Shown here piece by piece: positions 61,322 through 64,000 of a stretch of DNA of 64,000 nucleotides. The position numbers were made by a program, and so were the translations under genes. The stretch's first letter is position 1, and each line of letters starts with the position of its first letter. This stretch comes from Epiperipatus broadwayi (taxonomy: Eukaryota; Animalia; Onychophora), in the NCBI GenBank assembly GCA_028023455.1, contig JAQFVV010000011.1:1054001-1118000 (forward strand), read 5' to 3'. The notes under the pieces are model-generated. The model saw nothing but the letters and a program-made list of their open reading frames with translations. It was not told the origin of the DNA and ran no database searches.

Positions 61322-63200
61322 GTATGGGTGCTATTTGATTCTGGCAGTCAAGTGTCAGTTATATTGGAAAAGATCTTCAAGAAGATGATTCAGCAACAAA
61401 CAAATGTCAAAACCTTGCTAGTAATGGCAGCACAGGTCATGATGGTGAATGGGAGGAGAACACAGTTGGAGATCAAACAAATATGGGCACAATTAAAAAA
61501 AGGACAGAGATAGATATAATGTACCATACTGATTTTAAAAGGGAGTAGTATATTTTAGCAGCCATACACTATGAGGTCCAGAAAAAAAAATCAGTAACTG
61601 AGAGAGGGGCCCTTGCTGTGGTTCGGGCATTTTTCAGAAATTTAGGAAAATTTCTTGTTGGGTCAGTAGTAATTGTGAGATTGGATCATAAGAGTCTGGA
61701 ATTCTTGAACCACAGTTACTTATAGTCGATTAATACAATGGAGCTTCTTCCTCTAAAAGTTTAATTATTCCACCCAGTATTGTAGTGGTGCAGAAAATGT
61801 GGTAGCAGATGTGTTGATCTGGAATCTGGGCCCCTCATTATCAAACCACTTACAGGTATATAATGTCATTATAGCAACAATGGGGATGATGGAGAATAAA
61901 TCTGTAAAAGAAGACTTGTGACATTTAAGGGAGTGACAGAGACAAGATGTGACCTGCATGGGCATTATAGATAGGCTACAGGAACAGGAACTCAATAATG
62001 GGGGATCAGGGAAGAAGATAGAGAAGAAACAGGATGTGAGATATTGTTTGAGAAAAGGGATGTTATGGTACTTGGCAGATGTAAATGAAGACAAGTGGAG
62101 AATGATAGTACCCAAGGAACTATAAAAAAGATTAATTAAATATACTCATTGTGTATACAGACACTATGGGATAAACAAGGTAGAATATTTGTTAAAGACA
62201 TGGTTCTCTTGAGCAGGGATGAGACCACAGATGACACAGGTAATAAAAGGGTGTGAAACCTGTAAGAAGACAAAACTGCCAAACAGATCTTATGAAGGTT
62301 CATGTCAAGCTATTATTTCTCAGAGACCAAATGACCTGGTGGCAGTAGATTTTTATGGTCCATTATAGCATATAAAAGCAATTTGCCCGCCTGATAAAAT
62401 AAAATGGGCCGAGCGCTTTCGAGGTTTTCCTTCATATTCATGGCCAACATAAGTAATAAATCATTATCTAAGTGCTGAAGAATGTTATAATCCTGATAAC
62501 TTATGATGTACTCTCCAAATGGGTAACTGCCTACCCAATAACCCAAGCCAATGTGAAAAGTGTTGTTAGAATATTAGAAACCCAATACTCTAATAAGGTA
62601 GGAAAACCTAAAGCCATATTGTCTGATCATGGTACACCCTTTGTATCTGCAGAATGGCAAGGCTGGTTGAAGAATATTGTAGTACGGCATGTTTTATCAT
62701 AAACCCTCAGTCTAACCCTATGAGCAAGTTATGAGAGAATTGGAAAGGCTTTTCCGGATTTATACTCCAACAAACCATAAGGGGTGGGCAAGACAACTGC
62801 CATGAATTGTAAATTATATGAACTAGATGAACAGTGAATCGACGGGTTTTTCTCCAATTCAGCTCCATTTGGTCAACTTGTGCTTGTATTATACAAGTCG
62901 AGATTACCAGTTGATCCAGAGCAAATTGATCATGAGACATACCGGAAAAGAGCACAAGAATGACTGGCCCATTGTACAGAGATAAGGGCACACAGACAGG
63001 GCATAGGGAAAACTATGTTTAGAGTAGAAGATCACGAATGGGTCAGAAGTAATCCAGTCAGTCATGCAGACAGACACATTTTCAAGAAATTTCAAAATAT
63101 ATATGAAGGCCCATATCACATCGTAAAGAGAATAAGCTGAATGCTTTTACACTGGCAGATGATAAAGGAGAAAGATGCACATATAATGCAAGGGCTTTAA
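61322..63200 (+). pseudogene. gypsy pol remnant: protease, RNase H, integrase with GPY/F motif; RT missing
   Basis: VWVLFDSGSQVSVI (DSG 61337-61345); ERGALAVV...LDHKSLEFL...NVVADVL (RNase H); H..H...CETC; VAVDFYGP, LSDHGTPF and RELER (DDE); YEGPY (about 63100). Confidence 0.88.
62378..62475 (-). other. About 95-bp insertion in the integrase carrying a degenerate minimal HHR
   Basis: Interrupts integrase between DFYGPL and NVIILITYDVLSKW. Minus strand GGCC-AUGAAUA-U-GAAGG-AAAA-CCUC-GAAA-GCGC-UC-GGCC. Confidence 0.5.
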
Positions 63201-63339
63201 AACCATAAAATCTAAAACAGTGAATCAAGATTGTGGGGGAGGGGGGGAGTAATTAACAAACAAGTAGACTATGAACATTAAATAAAACAAACTAGCCGAA
63301 ACACTTAATTTATTATCATCATTATTCACAGGGGGGTAT

Positions 63340-64000
63340 TGCAACCATGCAAAATGTTTGGCAGTTAAATTCGAAGATTTTGCTGAAATGAATATATAAA
63401 AAATAAATAAAACTAAAAGTATGTTCGATGAAAATTTCTTTTCCTTGTAGCAATACACATTGTATTATTTTTCTTTTTGTTCAATTAAAAAAGAGCAAAT
63501 TTAAATAATAAAAGTGAATACTGATTGTAAATATTGATAGAAGTTCTACAAATGGAGAGATTGGTAATTAAATATGGTCATTGGTAACTACAAAAAAAAA
63601 AAGAACTTTGGAGACAAAAATTGAAAGAAAGATCTTTCTTTCGATTTTTGTGAGTGGTATTCAATGTTCACATGCGTAATGAGTTTTTCAGAAGGATATA
63701 GAAGGAATGGACATAGATAAAGAAGTGTCTTTTGTTCTATAGATTTTTCACTAGATGTTAAACTACCCCATGATAGCTGCTGATATTCAGATGGGTGGCT
63801 AGAATGCCTGTACTTCGCTGATTATTCCATTCCCTCAAAAATAATTATAATGATTTAGAAGAGTGAAGTCACCACCTGCTATAAAATAGAAGCCTCACAT
63901 CAAAGCTGGAACCTAAAATACAGATCATGAAGAAAATCTGAGGATTATATGCATTACCAAAGAATGATTCTACTAAACAATCTTACCGGTAAGAAATTAA
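63340..64000 (+). repeat. 3' LTR (incomplete at window edge)
   Basis: Follows the PPT; homologous to 58690-59820 minus the family A insertion. Confidence 0.88.

Larger units (their letters stand above)
58690..64000 (+). mobile_element. Ty3/gypsy LTR retrotransposon, internally deleted, running off the window end
   Basis: Two diverged LTRs starting TGCAACC at 58690 and 63340 (59267-59820 matches 63430-64000); polypurine tract AGGGGGG at 63330-63336; pol remnants between the LTRs. Confidence 0.9.

Overview
Very AT-rich, repeat-dominated eukaryotic (animal-like) DNA. No host protein-coding gene can be supported: every recognisable reading frame is a decayed transposon fragment. An interstitial (TTAGGG)n array fits a lineage using the ancestral metazoan telomere motif rather than the arthropod TTAGG (inference). 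Recognisable mobile elements are two Ty3/gypsy remnants, two L1/Tx1-type 3' fragments, RTE- and I/Jockey-type RT remnants, a Penelope-like (PLE) GIY-YIG remnant, two hAT MITEs, one Tc1/mariner(pogo)-type MITE and a tRNA-derived poly(A) SINE. The most striking feature is about 25 complete or partial type I hammerhead ribozyme (HHR) motifs in several small non-coding repeat families. Family A is an HHR followed by Pol III A/B-box-like motifs (SINE-like) and is found three times as a head-to-head inverted insertion inside one 12-13 bp target-site duplication. Family B is a homologous HHR in 330-385 bp tandem monomers (retrozyme-like), with a fully intact core at 56160-56195. Families C and D are PLE pseudo-LTR-like minimal HHR elements that often form fold-back palindromes. 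Stem III is almost always a short palindrome whose sequence differs between families, as expected for dimer-dependent HHRs. All structures were read by eye; no folding, alignment or database search was run.
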